Shown here in pieces: positions 17,058 through 18,409 of a stretch of 18,409 nt of DNA. The translations under genes and the position numbers were made by a program. The DNA comes from an uncultured Planctomycetales bacterium (GTDB lineage: Bacteria; Planctomycetota; Phycisphaerae; UBA1845; PWPN01). The notes beneath the pieces were generated by a model. It searched no databases, was not told where the DNA came from, and worked only from the letters and a program-made list of their open reading frames with translations. Each line of letters begins with the position of its first letter. Position 1 is the first letter of the stretch. The DNA lies in contig CAZXSA010000086.1 in assembly GCA_964642815.1 (NCBI GenBank), positions 1 to 18,409 on the forward strand, given 5' to 3'.

Positions 17058-17313
17058 ATCCGTTACTCTCTGCGGCCAAGCGTATTATATACGCCGAGAG
17101 GGATTTGTAACGGCCGCAACCTACGGAATTTATCGCCTAGTCACCGGCTGGCCGTCAAGTCACGCTCCCAAGCAGGTCCGTGACAGAAACGGCGGGATAG
17201 GATGGATTGGTTATCACCCCGAAGGAACGCCGGTCTGTAGCCACGCACCCCTCCCAAGCGGACGGAAGACCGACATATTGATTGAGGATCGTCATACCGG
17301 CAATATATTACCC

Positions 17314-17934
17314 ATGTTGACACTGGAAGACATTATCGTGGCCCCGCCCGGCGCGGGGGAGGTATTGGATTTTGCGGCCATGTTCGGCCGCGATGCCCCC
17401 GTGGAGCTGGAGATCGGGACGGGCAAGGGGGGGTTTCTGCTGAATCGGGCCCGGGCGATGCCCGAGCGGAATTTCCTCGGGCTGGAGTGGGCCAACCAGT
17501 ATTATCTTTACGCTGCCGATCGGTTCGTTCGGTGGGGGGTGAGCAATGTTCGCCTGATGCGTACGGATGCCCGTCATCTGGTCATCCATCACCTGCCGCT
17601 CGAGTCGGTTCGTATTCTGCATATTTACCATCCGGACCCCTGGCCTAAGAAACGGCATCATAAAAGGCGGCTATTTCAGCCTGAGTTCCTCGCCGCCGCC
17701 TCGCGTATCCTGGTTCCCGGTGGGCGGATTGCCGTGCAGACCGATCATGCCGAATATTTCGCCTGGATCCGCCGGGTCGTGGCCGAACACAAAGGCTTGT
17801 TGGAAATGCCTTTCGACTGCCCCGAGGCCGGCGTGACCGACGGTCGCGTGGCCACCAATTTCGAGGTCAAATACCTGCGCGAAGGCCGCCCGATCTACCA
17901 GATCGCCCTTATGAAAGCCGCTGCCTTATGTTAA
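17314..17934 (+). CDS. trmB: tRNA (guanine46-N7)-methyltransferase
   Basis: 'VELEIGTGKGGFLLNRARAMPERNFLGLE' (SAM-binding), 'LHIYHPDPWPKKRHHKRRL', 'GGRIAVQTDHAEYF'. The ORF track merges a non-coding N-terminal extension (16525-17313). Conserved TrmB starts at ATG 17314. Confidence 0.85.
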   Translation: MLTLEDIIVAPPGAGEVLDFAAMFGRDAPVELEIGTGKGGFLLNRARAMPERNFLGLEWANQYYLYAADRFVRWGVSNVRLMRTDARHLVIHHLPLESVRILHIYHPDPWPKKRHHKRRLFQPEFLAAASRILVPGGRIAVQTDHAEYFAWIRRVVAEHKGLLEMPFDCPEAGVTDGRVATNFEVKYLREGRPIYQIALMKAAALC

Positions 17935-18087
17935 TATGGGCCATGGAGAATCGGTGATCGGTTCCAAATTTATGGGTGTGGACACTGGTTTGTTGATGGC
18001 ACAACCAGTACCCTTGGCCGAGCGAAAAATGGCTTATCCCTCAGGACAAGTGGCTTAGGATGAATTTGCTTTTGACAGGAGGCTAAT

Positions 18088-18409
18088 ATGCAAAGGGTAT
18101 CCAAGGGAAAAAGCCCTTTCTATCCGGGTCAGCCTGTGCCTGTGGAGTTGTTTGTCGGTAGAACCGAACAAATCAATCGTATTATGGAGCGAGGCGTAGG
18201 GCAGGTGGAAAACGGCAAGCCCGTTGCTATCTATATCCAGGGAGAGTATGGCATCGGAAAAAGTTCCATTGCGAGTCTTGTTCAGTTTTTGGCTGAACGT
18301 AAACATGGCCTGCATTCTCTGTATGCCTCTCTCGGGGCTGTGGATAACGTGGACGATCTCGGGGCGGAGATACTGAAAGCGACCTTGAACTCCGGAGCTT
18401 TCGAACCCA
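18088..18409 (+). CDS. 5' part of a P-loop NTPase gene of AAA_16/STAND type, truncated by the window edge
   Basis: AGGAGG RBS 6 nt before ATG 18088. 'FVGRTEQINRIMERGVGQVENGKPVAIYIQGEYGIGKSSIASLV' combines the (L/F)vGRe.E... lead-in with a Walker A motif. Open to the end of the window, which is why it is absent from the ORF track. Lower-GC codon usage than the neighbours. Confidence 0.6.
   Translation, partial: MQRVSKGKSPFYPGQPVPVELFVGRTEQINRIMERGVGQVENGKPVAIYIQGEYGIGKSSIASLVQFLAERKHGLHSLYASLGAVDNVDDLGAEILKATLNSGAFEP

Noticed and set aside
16525-17313. N-terminal 263 codons of the 469-aa ORF-track ORF fused to trmB.
   Set aside because: Overlaps the yggS gene on the opposite strand and has no TrmB similarity. 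TrmB homology begins at Met 17314. The remainder is an open-frame artefact.
1-18409. tRNA, rRNA and CRISPR arrays.
   Set aside because: No T-loop or anticodon-arm-like structure, no rRNA-like stretch and no spacer-repeat periodicity seen on scanning. The only repeats found are the 185-bp duplication and short motifs listed above.

Overview
GC-rich (roughly 60% by eye) bacterial chromosomal segment, with many lipoprotein and Tat signals. Conserved housekeeping genes on both strands form the backbone: purD, carA, yggS, trmB and a XerC/XerD-type recombinase. Several accessory islets sit between them. (1) A two-gene membrane module: an SPFH/band-7 protein with a large internal insertion, followed by an HtpX-like M48 zinc peptidase fused to TerB-like C-terminal repeats. 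(2) A ~2-kb mosaic insertion at 5.75-7.8 kb, directly after that peptidase gene. It carries a COG1373-type AAA+ ATPase with a C-terminal PD-(D/E)xK-like (DUF4143-like) motif, expressed from an AT-rich promoter from a TTG start. It also carries a frameshifted, truncated HUH (IS200/RAYT-like) transposase remnant. The insertion is bracketed by two ~185-bp direct repeats about 94% identical; the second repeat is a decayed duplicate of the peptidase gene's own 3' end. (3) A lipoprotein operon: a PD40/TolB-like beta-propeller lipoprotein, a TolB-N/LpoB/CsgG-like lipoprotein and a small ORF. (4) A HepT/MNT (HEPN/nucleotidyltransferase) toxin-antitoxin pair in a low-GC pocket between carA and a Tat-exported Gfo/Idh/MocA oxidoreductase. 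(5) At the 3' edge, a low-GC segment starting a STAND/AAA_16-like P-loop NTPase gene that runs off the window. No rRNA, tRNA or CRISPR was seen. All family assignments come from reading motifs by eye and memory; no database search was possible.
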